Assembly (NCBI GenBank): GCA_024276015.1
Contig: JAJRXZ010000020.1
Span: forward strand, 8,245-72,244
DNA from: Spirochaetota bacterium
GTDB taxonomy: Bacteria > Spirochaetota > UBA4802 > UBA5550
Reading direction: 5' to 3'
DNA length: 64,000 bases
Below are positions 51,502 to 61,623 of this stretch, piece after piece; positions within the stretch are counted from its first letter, which is position 1, and each line of letters opens with the position of its first letter. Made by a program: the position numbers and the translations under genes. The notes under the pieces are model-generated. The model ran no database searches, was not told the origin of the DNA, and saw only the letters and a list, made by a program, of their open reading frames with translations.

Positions 51502-51963
51502 TCAATAGGGCAGATCACGAATTTTTTCAACTATATCATTGCGTTTCATTACCGATTCCCTGATATAGATATTTTTGTATCTTTTTGAATCTTCAATATC
51601 GTGCCTGTTGTGTTTTGGTTTATATGTTTTGATCAGCCAGTACATAATATCTCTGATGTCATCTATTTGTCCTTCCGCAACCGTATATTTATAATAGATT
51701 TTTTCATGGTCAATATCTTTTATCAGAAGGGGCTGGTTTATTAAAATAGGATCAAGTAGTTTTTTCATACTGACCCTGCAGCCGTCTCTCCAGCTGTTGT
51801 AAAATATCAGATAATCCATTCTGTTTGGGGTTATTTTTTCTAACAGACAGATGATACCCGGCGTTTCAGGAAGTATTTTTATAGCAGTATATTTGTCGTA
51901 TTTGTAAAGAGGCGACCATGCCAGTGAAAAGTATACATCTTTGCCGCGTACTTTTTTTTTCAT
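51502..51963 (-). CDS. Hypothetical protein
   Basis: 153-aa ORF that overlaps the next gene by 4 nt. Confidence 0.4.
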   Translation of the reverse strand: MKKKVRGKDVYFSLAWSPLYKYDKYTAIKILPETPGIICLLEKITPNRMDYLIFYNSWRDGCRVSMKKLLDPILINQPLLIKDIDHEKIYYKYTVAEGQIDDIRDIMYWLIKTYKPKHNRHDIEDSKRYKNIYIRESVMKRNDIVEKIRDLPY

Positions 51964-52559
51964 TGTATAATCTCTTTCTGCTTGCTTTTCATTTCATATA
52001 TTAATTTATCCAGAATTGAGATCAGTGCCGTACTTCTCTTTAAAACATCCGATTCTCTGTATAGTTTGTATCTTTCTTTGAAATCCATTACAAAATAATT
52101 CGAAATAAAATCAGTTAACTGGTTTAAGTCAACTAAATAATTTAACAGACCGATCAATTTATCGGAATCGTCAACATTAATAATAAAGATCAGTTCCTGA
52201 GATTTTTTTCTTAATCTGTCTGCAAGAAGACGGCCCGCCGCGTCATTATTTCTGCCTATGGGTTCAGATTCTGCCAGATGATTTTTGTCAATATTAATTA
52301 ATCTTGTTCTTGCCAAACCTTTCAGCTTTAGTCTGAAGGAATTTTCATATTTATTTATATCCGTTATTTCCGCCAGCGTAGCAAGCTTATTTTTATAGAA
52401 AATAATATCAAATAGAGAACGTATCGGATAGGCCAGCACTTTATCTCCCTTTTTTAATCTCCTTGACAGATCGGTTGCTCCAACTATCACATTAATTGTA
52501 CAATATGGGAAAATTACTTTTCTTTTAAGATAGAAAATTGTGTAATTTCTTTCTTTCAT
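51960..52559 (-). CDS. Lon N-terminal (LON substrate-binding) domain-like protein
   Basis: 199 aa. YTIFYLKRKVIFPYCTINVIVGATD...KVLAYPIRS resembles the LON domain opening (LPLFPL...VLFPG...L.I.E). Confidence 0.4.
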   Translation of the reverse strand: MKERNYTIFYLKRKVIFPYCTINVIVGATDLSRRLKKGDKVLAYPIRSLFDIIFYKNKLATLAEITDINKYENSFRLKLKGLARTRLINIDKNHLAESEPIGRNNDAAGRLLADRLRKKSQELIFIINVDDSDKLIGLLNYLVDLNQLTDFISNYFVMDFKERYKLYRESDVLKRSTALISILDKLIYEMKSKQKEIIQ

Positions 52560-52753
52560 CAGGTCACCGATAAATAGATTTTTTACAAGACTGTTTGAGA
52601 CTTCGGATCTATATTAAAGTAGGCACTCCCTTTTCATGTTAAAAAAAATTGAAATGGTTTTCAATAATATTATTTAAAATAATAAAAAAAGATTGTAATA
52701 TTTTTAATGACTTCATATTATTACAGGAAGAAATATTTCATGGAGATGCCGAA

Positions 52754-53071
52754 ATGGATGAAAAAAGAAAATATAAAAGATCAAAAACCGATTTAAAATC
52801 AGAAGTTCATTTTGATGAAGGGATGACTTACAGCAAATCGGTTGATGTCAGCAAGGGAGGTCTATTTATATCGACTCCGGATCCCCTTGAAGCAGGTTCG
52901 GAGGTAAGTCTTTCCCTGCAGATTCCGGGAGAGGACCCTGTTGATATCAGCGGAGTCGTAAGGTGGGTAAGAAGAGAAGAAGATGATAATAATAAAGCGG
53001 GTATGGGTATAGAATTCTTGGATCTGTCTGATGTCGAAATTGAAAAACTGAAAAAGATTGATAATAGCTGA
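52754..53071 (+). CDS. PilZ-domain protein (c-di-GMP receptor)
   Basis: About 105 aa from MDEKRKYKRS. RKYKR is the RxxxR motif. DVSKGG is the D/NxSxxG motif. Beta-barrel-like remainder (VSLSLQIPG...ISGVVRWVRR...GMGIEFL). The track ORF starts earlier, at 52649. Confidence 0.65.
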   Translation: MDEKRKYKRSKTDLKSEVHFDEGMTYSKSVDVSKGGLFISTPDPLEAGSEVSLSLQIPGEDPVDISGVVRWVRREEDDNNKAGMGIEFLDLSDVEIEKLKKIDNS

Positions 53072-53119
53072 TCCCTGAAGTAACTGCAGTTGGGAATTAT
53101 ACTCCCGATGGCATTTGAA

Positions 53120-54493
53120 CTATACTTTTATACCGCCCACTTTACCGATACTCCTGAGCAAATAAAATCCGTATACTCCCAGATCCTTGCCGTATTTTGA
53201 ATAGATCCTTTTTAATATAAAAGCACAGGCGAATTTTATCATATCAGTGCTTCGTATAACCCGGAATATTGTACTGAATTTTTCTTTAAAATAGATAATA
53301 AATATTTCAGTTATAAAGTTGTTCAGTTCATTCTTCAGTCCATCGGTAAAAAACATATTAAAAGGGATTTTTTTATCGGGATGGATGTATTTCTCCGCAA
53401 AGGTTTTAATCCCGTAATCGGTGTGAATTAGTTTTTCCACAACCGTAATGATATCGTTTTTTTCATGGATCAGCCTGTCCGGGTCATCAGTATATATTTT
53501 GTAGATGGATGTTGCTTTTTCATGGATTGTACTATCGGGGATATCATCCAATATATCTTTTTTGCTGCTGCCGAAAATGTCATCTAATATGGCGTCAATT
53601 TTTTTGCCGTATTGCCTTCCAAAGGGGGTTGCCAGCATCCTGTCATTGTATTCATCGGTTCCGGCATCCGCTGCCTCGGAATTGATCCTGTTTTTTTTAT
53701 GTTCCGATTCGTTTTCGCTTGCCTTTGAACTTTCGGGATTATCATTGCTTACTTCGGATTTACGTGTTTTATACTTTTCCATATAGTTCAGTGTTTCGGT
53801 GATCCTGCCGTTTATTATGGCAAGGGAGCCGATCTTTTTACCGGATACTAACAGCAGCTTGGTATTGCGGATTTCGCTGTCGTCGAAAAAGAATTTTCTG
53901 TATGTTCTGTCATTCCACCAGGCCTGCTGATCCATCAGGATAACATAAGCGTCGTGCAGAGAGGCTGCAATGAATCCATGCTGTGTTTTTGTGGATACGG
54001 TTACATTATCCTTTGATAATTCTTTATATATTTTCACATGGTTTTTTAATTCGTTTAAGGGCATTGCCATAGAAGTGTTATTCTTATTCATATTTATATT
54101 GTATTGCTGAGTTTGGTGGCTTAATCTGTTTTCAATAATTGTCCTGATGCTGATGTAAGATGAAATATTGTTGGGAAAAGCTGTGTCGGAAAATATATTT
54201 GAGATATATTCAATATCCAGATCTTTTAAACCTTTAAGAGCAATATTGTATATTTTTGAGACAGCCTGAATATCGATCAGAAGTCCAATAATTTTGTTTA
54301 TCTGCGTACTGTTGAGATCGTATTTGTAATTTATCAGACTGGCCAGTTTGTTCTCAGGTATGATATCCGCATAATCGGTTAACTTATTGATAATTTTCCC
54401 CATTGTTTCACTGTCAATAAATCGGGAGATATTTTCAATATTTGCCAGTGTCTTTGAATCGGCTAATGTTGTTTCATCCATTTTTGATCCCAT
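53120..54493 (-). CDS. Hypothetical protein
   Basis: 457-aa ORF with an acidic, low-complexity middle region (NDNPESSKASENESEHKK). No family assignment. Confidence 0.45.
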   Translation of the reverse strand: MGSKMDETTLADSKTLANIENISRFIDSETMGKIINKLTDYADIIPENKLASLINYKYDLNSTQINKIIGLLIDIQAVSKIYNIALKGLKDLDIEYISNIFSDTAFPNNISSYISIRTIIENRLSHQTQQYNINMNKNNTSMAMPLNELKNHVKIYKELSKDNVTVSTKTQHGFIAASLHDAYVILMDQQAWWNDRTYRKFFFDDSEIRNTKLLLVSGKKIGSLAIINGRITETLNYMEKYKTRKSEVSNDNPESSKASENESEHKKNRINSEAADAGTDEYNDRMLATPFGRQYGKKIDAILDDIFGSSKKDILDDIPDSTIHEKATSIYKIYTDDPDRLIHEKNDIITVVEKLIHTDYGIKTFAEKYIHPDKKIPFNMFFTDGLKNELNNFITEIFIIYFKEKFSTIFRVIRSTDMIKFACAFILKRIYSKYGKDLGVYGFYLLRSIGKVGGIKV

Positions 54494-54643
54494 GCTTGTA
54501 TGTAATCTTAAGCATATTAATATACTTCATTCATGTTTGTAAATAAAAAAAAATTAAGTAATTTTAATTGACTTTTAGTGAATGTTGCTGTTTAAAGTAT
54601 AATCATCTATAATAATTAAATCAGAATAACAGAATATATTTTT

Positions 54644-56668
54644 ATGAACAGTCAGGAAATTCTTCAGGAAGCACCGGCTATTTTAATTGTCGAGGATGAT
54701 CAGTCCTCTGCGGCTTTATTGAAAGAGATGCTGGGAAAGAGCGGTTATAAGACAATCGATATTGCAGAATCCGGGGAAGAGGCTCTGAAACGGATCCTTA
54801 TAAAAAAACCTGAGATCATCCTGATGGATATTGCTTTAAAAGGCGCGATTGACGGAATTGAAACCGCAGAAAAAATACATAACAGCTATCAGATCCCTGT
54901 AATATATATAACCGGCGGTTCTGACGATGCTACTTTTGAAAGAGCAAAAAAGACAATGCCTTATGGTTATATATTAAAACCCTATCAAATGGATCTGGTA
55001 ATATCCAATATTGAAATGGCCTTTTATAGATTTAACATGGAGAGGAAGCTTCGGGAAAGCGAAAGAAGAAACAGGGAAATATTATCCTCAATACCTGATG
55101 TTATGTTCAAACTTGACGGGAACGGAAATCTTATTGCAGCGGAAGATCATGAAAAAACAAAAAAGGTGTGGCCCGGAAAGATAACTGAAAAAGTTATGCC
55201 TGTTATTAAACGAGCGCTGAATGATGAAACTACTCAGATCTTTGAATACTCATTAAGAAGAAGCGGGGATCTTGAGCATTATGAAGCAAGAATACTGAAA
55301 ACGGCTGACAATACTCTTTTGGTGATCGTGAGGGATGTCACTGACAAAAAGAATGCCGAGATCGAATTATTTAAATACAAAAATGATCTTGAAAATATTA
55401 TTAAAAACAGAACCGAAGAACTTGCCGGAGCAAATAAGAATTTAAACATTTTTAATCAAATGATAAACCAGAGCCCCAACAGTATTATATTAACCGATAA
55501 TAAGGGCATTGTTCAATATGCAAATCTCAAGTTTATTGAAATGTCAGGCTACGGCTTTGACGAATTGAAAGGCGTTGATGTAACAAAATGTCCCAATCCG
55601 GTTTTCCCTGAAGAAGAGTTCTGGGATATGATCTCAAGTGTTGAAAACTGGCGCGGCGAAATCTACAGTCTTTCCAAAGAAGGGCAAATATACTACAGCA
55701 TGACGGATGTTAGTAAAATCAGGGATGACGACGGAAAGGTTACTCATTACAGAATTGTATGCCAAGATATTACCGAAAAGATGAAAGAAAAAATTGAAAT
55801 TGACCGCGTTAGGGATACTCTTGAGAAGAGAGACGTTACTGTCATGGATATGGAACTGGACTGGAAAGAGTGGAAAGAAAAGATGCTCAGCAGGAATGTT
55901 TCCCGTACCGATAAATCTCTCTTCAGAAATATAAACAACAGCTTTACTCAGGGCGCGGGCCTGGGTTCTATGATAACACTGCTTGAAATGCTTTCGTCTG
56001 CTGCTGTGAAAAAAGAGAATAAATATCTGGTTGACGGTAATATCTTCGACCTTATAATGGAGAATGTTTTAACAGCCCAGGAAGCCTTTAAAACCTTTGC
56101 AAGCCTGGACTGGATCATATCGCATGAATTTGAACTGGAGAGAGTCTCTTTCAGAGAACTGCACGGGTTTGTGAAAGCGGTAGCGGATAAGGCCCGAGAA
56201 TTATGCAGTATCAGAAAACAGAAGATAATAATCAATCAGCTGGATTTCAGTTATAGTAATCTTTTTATAAACATGAATCAGGAATACCTGTATAAAGCCG
56301 TTTATGAAGTTCTGATCAATGCAATGAAGTTCTCAAAGATCGGTTCTATAATTGTAGTCCTTGTTCACATCTCCAATATGAAAGCTCTTATATCGGTAAC
56401 CAGCGATCCGGATAAAACAGGAGAGGATATTACCGGTATCCCAATTGAATATGAAAAAGTAATTTTTGAGCCCTTTTACAGGCTGTCAAAGAACGTATTT
56501 GAGCAGTATAAGACGCTGGATTTCGGTTTAGGTCTGACTCTTGTTGAAAAAATAGTAACAAAGCATGGAGGCGAAGTATATGCCGGTAATGTTGTTGACC
56601 ATTCCGATTTAAAAAGAGACCCTGTTATTAAAGTTAATACTTCAATTTCCCTTCCAATTGTAAAATAG
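54644..56668 (+). CDS. Signal-transduction protein: REC receiver, two PAS-like regions, and a C-terminal HATPase_c (GHKL) domain
   Basis: 674 aa. REC: ILIVEDD...IILMDIALKG with a phospho-acceptor Asp context. PAS-like segments. C-terminal ATPase motifs YEVLINAMKFS (N box) and LDFGLGLTLVEKIVTKHGG (G boxes). I found no obvious HisKA H-box. Confidence 0.6.
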   Translation: MNSQEILQEAPAILIVEDDQSSAALLKEMLGKSGYKTIDIAESGEEALKRILIKKPEIILMDIALKGAIDGIETAEKIHNSYQIPVIYITGGSDDATFERAKKTMPYGYILKPYQMDLVISNIEMAFYRFNMERKLRESERRNREILSSIPDVMFKLDGNGNLIAAEDHEKTKKVWPGKITEKVMPVIKRALNDETTQIFEYSLRRSGDLEHYEARILKTADNTLLVIVRDVTDKKNAEIELFKYKNDLENIIKNRTEELAGANKNLNIFNQMINQSPNSIILTDNKGIVQYANLKFIEMSGYGFDELKGVDVTKCPNPVFPEEEFWDMISSVENWRGEIYSLSKEGQIYYSMTDVSKIRDDDGKVTHYRIVCQDITEKMKEKIEIDRVRDTLEKRDVTVMDMELDWKEWKEKMLSRNVSRTDKSLFRNINNSFTQGAGLGSMITLLEMLSSAAVKKENKYLVDGNIFDLIMENVLTAQEAFKTFASLDWIISHEFELERVSFRELHGFVKAVADKARELCSIRKQKIIINQLDFSYSNLFINMNQEYLYKAVYEVLINAMKFSKIGSIIVVLVHISNMKALISVTSDPDKTGEDITGIPIEYEKVIFEPFYRLSKNVFEQYKTLDFGLGLTLVEKIVTKHGGEVYAGNVVDHSDLKRDPVIKVNTSISLPIVK

Positions 56669-56727
56669 AAGCGGATGGCTTTTTTAAAATAATATTTATA
56701 CAAAAAAATAATTTCAGGAGGGTATTT

Positions 56728-56910
56728 ATGCCTTTTATAAATGTAAAAGTTGCAGGAACTCTTACTGCAGAACAGAAGAAGGAGATAGCGAGCCGCTTTT
56801 CCGATACTCTTTTCAAGGTGGCTTCAAAAAATCCGGATTCGACTTATATTGTTTTTGAAGAAGTTGAGCGGGAAAACTGGGCTGTCGGCAGCAGGCTTTT
56901 ATCCGAATGA
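56728..56910 (+). CDS. 4-oxalocrotonate tautomerase family protein
   Basis: 60 aa. MPFINVKV... (catalytic Pro1 after Met). The size and beta-alpha-beta pattern are typical of the family. Confidence 0.7.
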   Translation: MPFINVKVAGTLTAEQKKEIASRFSDTLFKVASKNPDSTYIVFEEVERENWAVGSRLLSE

Positions 56911-57070
56911 TCCTATTGGGATCGGTTGGCTGAAAAAAGTTCTTCTGTATTAGATTGGAGATATGCAATTCTTTCTTTATTGATCGCATGAACAGATGTT
57001 TGAAATACGGTAATTGAATTAGTCTTAACAGGTTAAGGGTTGGCGGTTAATAAAACGTTAAAATAATAAG

Positions 57071-57739
57071 ATGTTACTAAGACTGGCAGATATAAGAAAG
57101 GAATACGCTGCGGCAGGCCATAAGAAGCGTATCCTTGACGGATTAGACTTGGAACTAGACAGAGGACAGCTTGTTTCCGTAACGGGAAAATCCGGATGCG
57201 GTAAAACAACCCTTTTGAATATAATAGCAGGAATTACCTATCCTGACAGAGGAAAGGTGTTTATAAATGATAAAAAGATCGGTTTTCTCTTTGACTGTTC
57301 CCTGTCAAGAAGGCGCAACAGAGAGATAGGTCTTATTTTTCAAACATTTAGGCTGCTTGATAACGAGTCCGTACTTTCCAATGTATTTTTGCCTGCAAGA
57401 ATTAAAGGGTCAATAGGAAAAGAAACAAAGGAATATGTCTATGAAATTCTCGGCAAACTGCGGATCTATAAATACAGAAAAAGCAGAGTCGGTATTTTGT
57501 CGGGAGGTCAGAAACAGAGAGTTGCAATCGCAAGAGCCCTTGTAAACAGGCCTTCAATTATTCTGGCAGACGAACCTACTGCAAATCTGGATAAAAAAAC
57601 TTCTGTTGAGATCTTTGATATACTTGAAGAACTGAAGGATGAAGGTAAAGCTTTATTGATTGTAACACACAAAGAATATATGCACAAAAGGTCTCTTAGA
57701 GTATTTAACCTTGAAAATGGAAAGCTGGCAGTTTTGTGA
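57071..57739 (+). CDS. ABC transporter ATP-binding protein (LolD/MacB-like)
   Basis: Walker A GKSGCGKTTLLN, signature LSGGQKQRVAIARAL, Walker B IILADEPT. Confidence 0.85.
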   Translation: MLLRLADIRKEYAAAGHKKRILDGLDLELDRGQLVSVTGKSGCGKTTLLNIIAGITYPDRGKVFINDKKIGFLFDCSLSRRRNREIGLIFQTFRLLDNESVLSNVFLPARIKGSIGKETKEYVYEILGKLRIYKYRKSRVGILSGGQKQRVAIARALVNRPSIILADEPTANLDKKTSVEIFDILEELKDEGKALLIVTHKEYMHKRSLRVFNLENGKLAVL

Positions 57740-59001
57740 TCATGCAGAAAATATATTTAATTCTGAAAGAAGTTTTCAGCAGTAAATTTATCAGCCTTAT
57801 AGTATTTTTTTCCGTTATCGTTTCTGTAATTTCCGCGGGTCTTTTTGATATGATCGGCAATGGTTTTACTAATTATATAAGAAATAAATTTGCCGCTTCA
57901 ATACCGCCCAATACGATTAAAGTATCTCCGAAACCTCCTAAAACCCTTTTGTTTTTCCGGATTAAAAACAGAGGCACTCCTGTTTTAGATGACAGAAAGA
58001 TAAGAAGAATAAAAAAGATCAGAGGAGTAAAAGTTATCTATCCTGTTATGCTGGCTAAAGTTCCGGTACAGGCAAAGATATCTCTCTTCGGACTTAAATA
58101 TTCTACGGATATGCTCTGTGTTGGGGCCCCATATAGGTTGGTATACCGTGACATTAAAAGCAGGAGATTGAGAAGGCTGTGGCTTAAACCTGATTTTGAA
58201 AAAAATATTCCTGTTCTGTTTCCCGGGATATTGCTCCGGGCCTACAATGAGGGTATGGCCGAACCCAATATGCTTCCGAGGATTTCAAAAAAAGGTATAA
58301 TCGGATTAAAATTTCAGATCTATTTCGGGACCTCAAGCCTGAGACGCTTTGACGATCATGTTGAAGTTGATGCAGCTCTTGCGGGATTTACCGATAAGAT
58401 CAATTCGCTTGCTATGGTTGTACCTCTTTCCGTTTCAAAATATTACAATAAAAAATTTGATCCGGAAGGCTGGAGCAATGAATATTTATACGCTTTTGTT
58501 AAAGTTAAGGATCACAAGGCTCTTTTAAAGGCGTCGGCAATGATAAAGAAAATGGGATTTATTGTCGAAACCGAAAAGAGATTATCCAGAGAGATTTTAA
58601 AACTTAAAAAAAATGTTGATTTTCTTATCAGCGGGCTCATGTACCTGATTCTCTTTTTGTCCGCTCTTACTATTTCCTTTTCTACCATGATCGCAACGAT
58701 GAACAGGGTGGAGTATTTCAGGATAATGAGAATGCTCGGCGCTTCAAAGACATTCATAGCTTTTACAATATTTTTTAAATACTCCATCATAGGTATGATC
58801 GGCTCTTATGCAGGAATGATGTTGATAGAATTTGGAGGGCAAAACATAACCGATTTGATCAATGTTTCTATTATAAAAATATCATTAACTGTTTCAAAAG
58901 AGCTTGGTAAAAAAATATTACTTTACGGAGTGTTGATACCTGTTGTTTCAACAGTGCCTTCGTTGATTCGTCTCTATACAAAAGCGTTGAATAGTGATTG
59001 A
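57736..59001 (+). CDS. ABC transporter permease, FtsX/LolE-like
   Basis: 421 aa. N-terminal TM, large periplasmic domain, C-terminal three-TM FtsX-like bundle. Overlaps the ATPase gene by 4 nt. Confidence 0.7.
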   Translation: MIMQKIYLILKEVFSSKFISLIVFFSVIVSVISAGLFDMIGNGFTNYIRNKFAASIPPNTIKVSPKPPKTLLFFRIKNRGTPVLDDRKIRRIKKIRGVKVIYPVMLAKVPVQAKISLFGLKYSTDMLCVGAPYRLVYRDIKSRRLRRLWLKPDFEKNIPVLFPGILLRAYNEGMAEPNMLPRISKKGIIGLKFQIYFGTSSLRRFDDHVEVDAALAGFTDKINSLAMVVPLSVSKYYNKKFDPEGWSNEYLYAFVKVKDHKALLKASAMIKKMGFIVETEKRLSREILKLKKNVDFLISGLMYLILFLSALTISFSTMIATMNRVEYFRIMRMLGASKTFIAFTIFFKYSIIGMIGSYAGMMLIEFGGQNITDLINVSIIKISLTVSKELGKKILLYGVLIPVVSTVPSLIRLYTKALNSD

Positions 59002-59151
59002 AAAAAGTTATTGAATTGTCATTATATATTTTGTATTAATTACCTGTTGCCGGGAGATTGTTAATATGGGATCTGTCTGCCGGAATTTGCCTTTGCTCCT
59101 GTCACAGGAAAAAATATCTCATGGCATCAATTCTTCTTATAGAAATTAGAA

Positions 59152-59577
59152 ATGGAAAATTTATTTATTGATTATGATCGATTTCGCGAGCTCTGTTATG
59201 TTCTTCTTGATTCTGTGAAAGGGAAGAGGAAAAGCTGTTATGCAGTCCTGTGCCCTTTAAGAGGCGGATTCTATTTATCCGATTTCATGAGCCGGCATCT
59301 GAACCTTCCGATCATATATATCGAGATTACATCATATAATGAAAAAAAAGAGGGTGATTTTGTTCTTGGGTACAGACCCGAACTTGAATCCGGAAGAATT
59401 CTTCTCTGTGACGACATATACGATACGGGCAGAACTATCGGAAAAATTCAGGGAATGTATCCCCATGTGGAATTTGAAACCGTCTGTCTTGTTTCGAAAA
59501 AAAAGGATGTTTCTGTGGTTTACGGATGCCTTACTGAAAAAGATCGGTGGGTTGATTTTTTTTGGGAGGTAATGTGA
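59152..59577 (+). CDS. Phosphoribosyltransferase-domain protein
   Basis: 141 aa. PRPP-binding motif ILLCDDIYDTGRT. Confidence 0.6.
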   Translation: MENLFIDYDRFRELCYVLLDSVKGKRKSCYAVLCPLRGGFYLSDFMSRHLNLPIIYIEITSYNEKKEGDFVLGYRPELESGRILLCDDIYDTGRTIGKIQGMYPHVEFETVCLVSKKKDVSVVYGCLTEKDRWVDFFWEVM

Positions 59578-59805
59578 ATATTTGTCAGCAATAGAATTAT
59601 TCTCGGTCTCCATTATCTTAAGAAACATGTTTTTAAGATCATATCCTGAAATTAATTCTTGCATTGTGATACTGTTACTTTAATTTTAAACATGCTGTTA
59701 ATCTCCCTGACTGCTTAATTATTCATAATTCTGGGAATTCGATAATAATTTACACTTTTGAGATTAATAGCATTTTTATCCTCATAATAGATTTTAACGG
59801 AACAG

Positions 59806-60981
59806 TTGGTGAGAAAAAATATATTAATAATCCTTTCAACATTACTGCTTCTGGCAATTCCGGATTTATGGGCAAAAGAGAAAGGAACAGTCAGCGCTTT
59901 ATTTAAGATCAGGAGAATCGGAAATAGTAATTATATATCTCTTTATGATCTGATAAATAATTTTAAATTCGAAAATACTTTCGATATAATATCGAGAAGA
60001 GGGAAATTATATTACAGGAGTCATCGGGTTGTTTACAGAGTGGGTTATTCATATATTTTAGCCGATGATACCCTGATCAAGTCGGAATATCCTGTTATAC
60101 AGAACAGGGGAGAGATATTTTTGCCGATCCTGCAGGCAGAAAAAATAGCGGCCCTTCTATTCCCTGCTTTGAAAACAGAAAGGTCAAAGGGATCTTTAAT
60201 TGTACTTAAAAGGACCCGCAGGAAAAGAACGGGAGATATTAAAATAAGAGGCAGCAAAGGATTAAAGGATAAAATTGATTTTATTATTGTAGATCCGGGG
60301 CATGGAGGAAAAGACCCTGGCGCAATCGGCAGAGGCAGAATAAAGGAAAAAGTAATAACGCTTAAAATTGCGCAGAAAGTGGCAAGGCGTTTAAAGAGGA
60401 GAGTCGGAGGTGTGAAGATAAGACTTACAAGGCGGAGGGATAGATTTCTCGAACTTTCTGCAAGAACCGATATTTCAAATAGGTATCTGAAAAAAGACAA
60501 TAACGGTATTTTTATCAGTATTCATGTAAATGCTTCTCTGTCCGGCAGAATATCCGGATTTGAAACTTACTTCCTTTCACAAAATCCCACAAATGAAGAT
60601 GCCAGAAATACCGCAGCTTTGGAAAACAATGTTATTGTTCTGGAAGACCATAAAGGGAAAAAATACGGAGACATCGATTATATTGAAGCAATGATGATGA
60701 CAACTCAGATTCAGAAAGAGAGTTCCATGCTTGCCAGTGAAATACAAAGAGGTATGAGGAGAAAAATTAAAAGGTTTAAATCGAGAGGGGTAAGAAAAGC
60801 CGACTTTTATGTTCTCAGAGGTTCGCTTATGCCGGCTGTTTTAATCGAGGTAGGTTTTATTACAAATAGAAGAGAGGCAAGATATTTGACTAAAAACAGC
60901 TATCAGGAAAAAATTGCGGCTGGTATTGTTGACGGAGTGATCAGGTTTATTAAAAAGTATTATAAAACGATTAAAAAGTAA
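59806..60981 (+). CDS. N-acetylmuramoyl-L-alanine amidase (AmiC-like: AMIN domain plus Amidase_3)
   Basis: 391 aa. Signal peptide. FIIVDPGHGGKDPGAIG, SIHVNAS, GFETYFL, LIEVGFITNRREARYL. Confidence 0.85.
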   Translation: MVRKNILIILSTLLLLAIPDLWAKEKGTVSALFKIRRIGNSNYISLYDLINNFKFENTFDIISRRGKLYYRSHRVVYRVGYSYILADDTLIKSEYPVIQNRGEIFLPILQAEKIAALLFPALKTERSKGSLIVLKRTRRKRTGDIKIRGSKGLKDKIDFIIVDPGHGGKDPGAIGRGRIKEKVITLKIAQKVARRLKRRVGGVKIRLTRRRDRFLELSARTDISNRYLKKDNNGIFISIHVNASLSGRISGFETYFLSQNPTNEDARNTAALENNVIVLEDHKGKKYGDIDYIEAMMMTTQIQKESSMLASEIQRGMRRKIKRFKSRGVRKADFYVLRGSLMPAVLIEVGFITNRREARYLTKNSYQEKIAAGIVDGVIRFIKKYYKTIKK

Positions 60982-61053
60982 AAACTGCTTGATGAAATAA
61001 AGAGCTGTAATTTACTGTTCATCAGTTTTGGTCAGAGAAGGTCCGGTAAAAGC

Positions 61054-61620
61054 ATGAAAATTAAATTTTACGAAAAAATCAGAAACAATAAAAAAGAGAA
61101 GAACAGGATATTTGTCCTTTTCCTGGGATCCCTTTTCCTGATCGATTACCTGGCATTTTGCTATCATACTGATAAAAATATATTCAATATTTTTCCTTCA
61201 ATCCCGGTATCGGATGAAAGAAAAATAATAGATGTTTATGTTCCGCAGCTCGACGGTAAAACAATATCAAAGGAAGAGAGAAGTGCCCCTCAATTCAACG
61301 ATAAAATGAGATTTGCAGCTTTTCTTTTCTATCAGGTTTTGAAGGGGTCGAAATTTGAGAATACAACCATGATAGCGCCCGTAAATATTTTTATCAGAAA
61401 GATATGGATTTATAACGAAGAAAGAAACAGTAAGAATGGAGTGGAATGTTATATTGATATCGAATTCCCGGTACATGTTGATAATATAAAGATCATTAAG
61501 GGTTCTGAGGATCTCTTTAAAAAAGCAGTTGAAAGAACAATTACTGAAAATATTCCTGAAATAAGGAGCGTGCAAATTCTTGTTCAGGGAATCTACGGCA
61601 GGAGTATCTGGGAAATTTAA
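61054..61620 (+). CDS. Hypothetical membrane-anchored protein, possibly with a GerMN-like domain
   Basis: 188 aa. N-terminal TM (IFVLFLGSLFLIDYLAF). The C-terminal ...IRSVQILVQG resembles GerMN-domain endings. Tentative. Confidence 0.35.
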   Translation: MKIKFYEKIRNNKKEKNRIFVLFLGSLFLIDYLAFCYHTDKNIFNIFPSIPVSDERKIIDVYVPQLDGKTISKEERSAPQFNDKMRFAAFLFYQVLKGSKFENTTMIAPVNIFIRKIWIYNEERNSKNGVECYIDIEFPVHVDNIKIIKGSEDLFKKAVERTITENIPEIRSVQILVQGIYGRSIWEI

Positions 61621-61623
61621 TTT

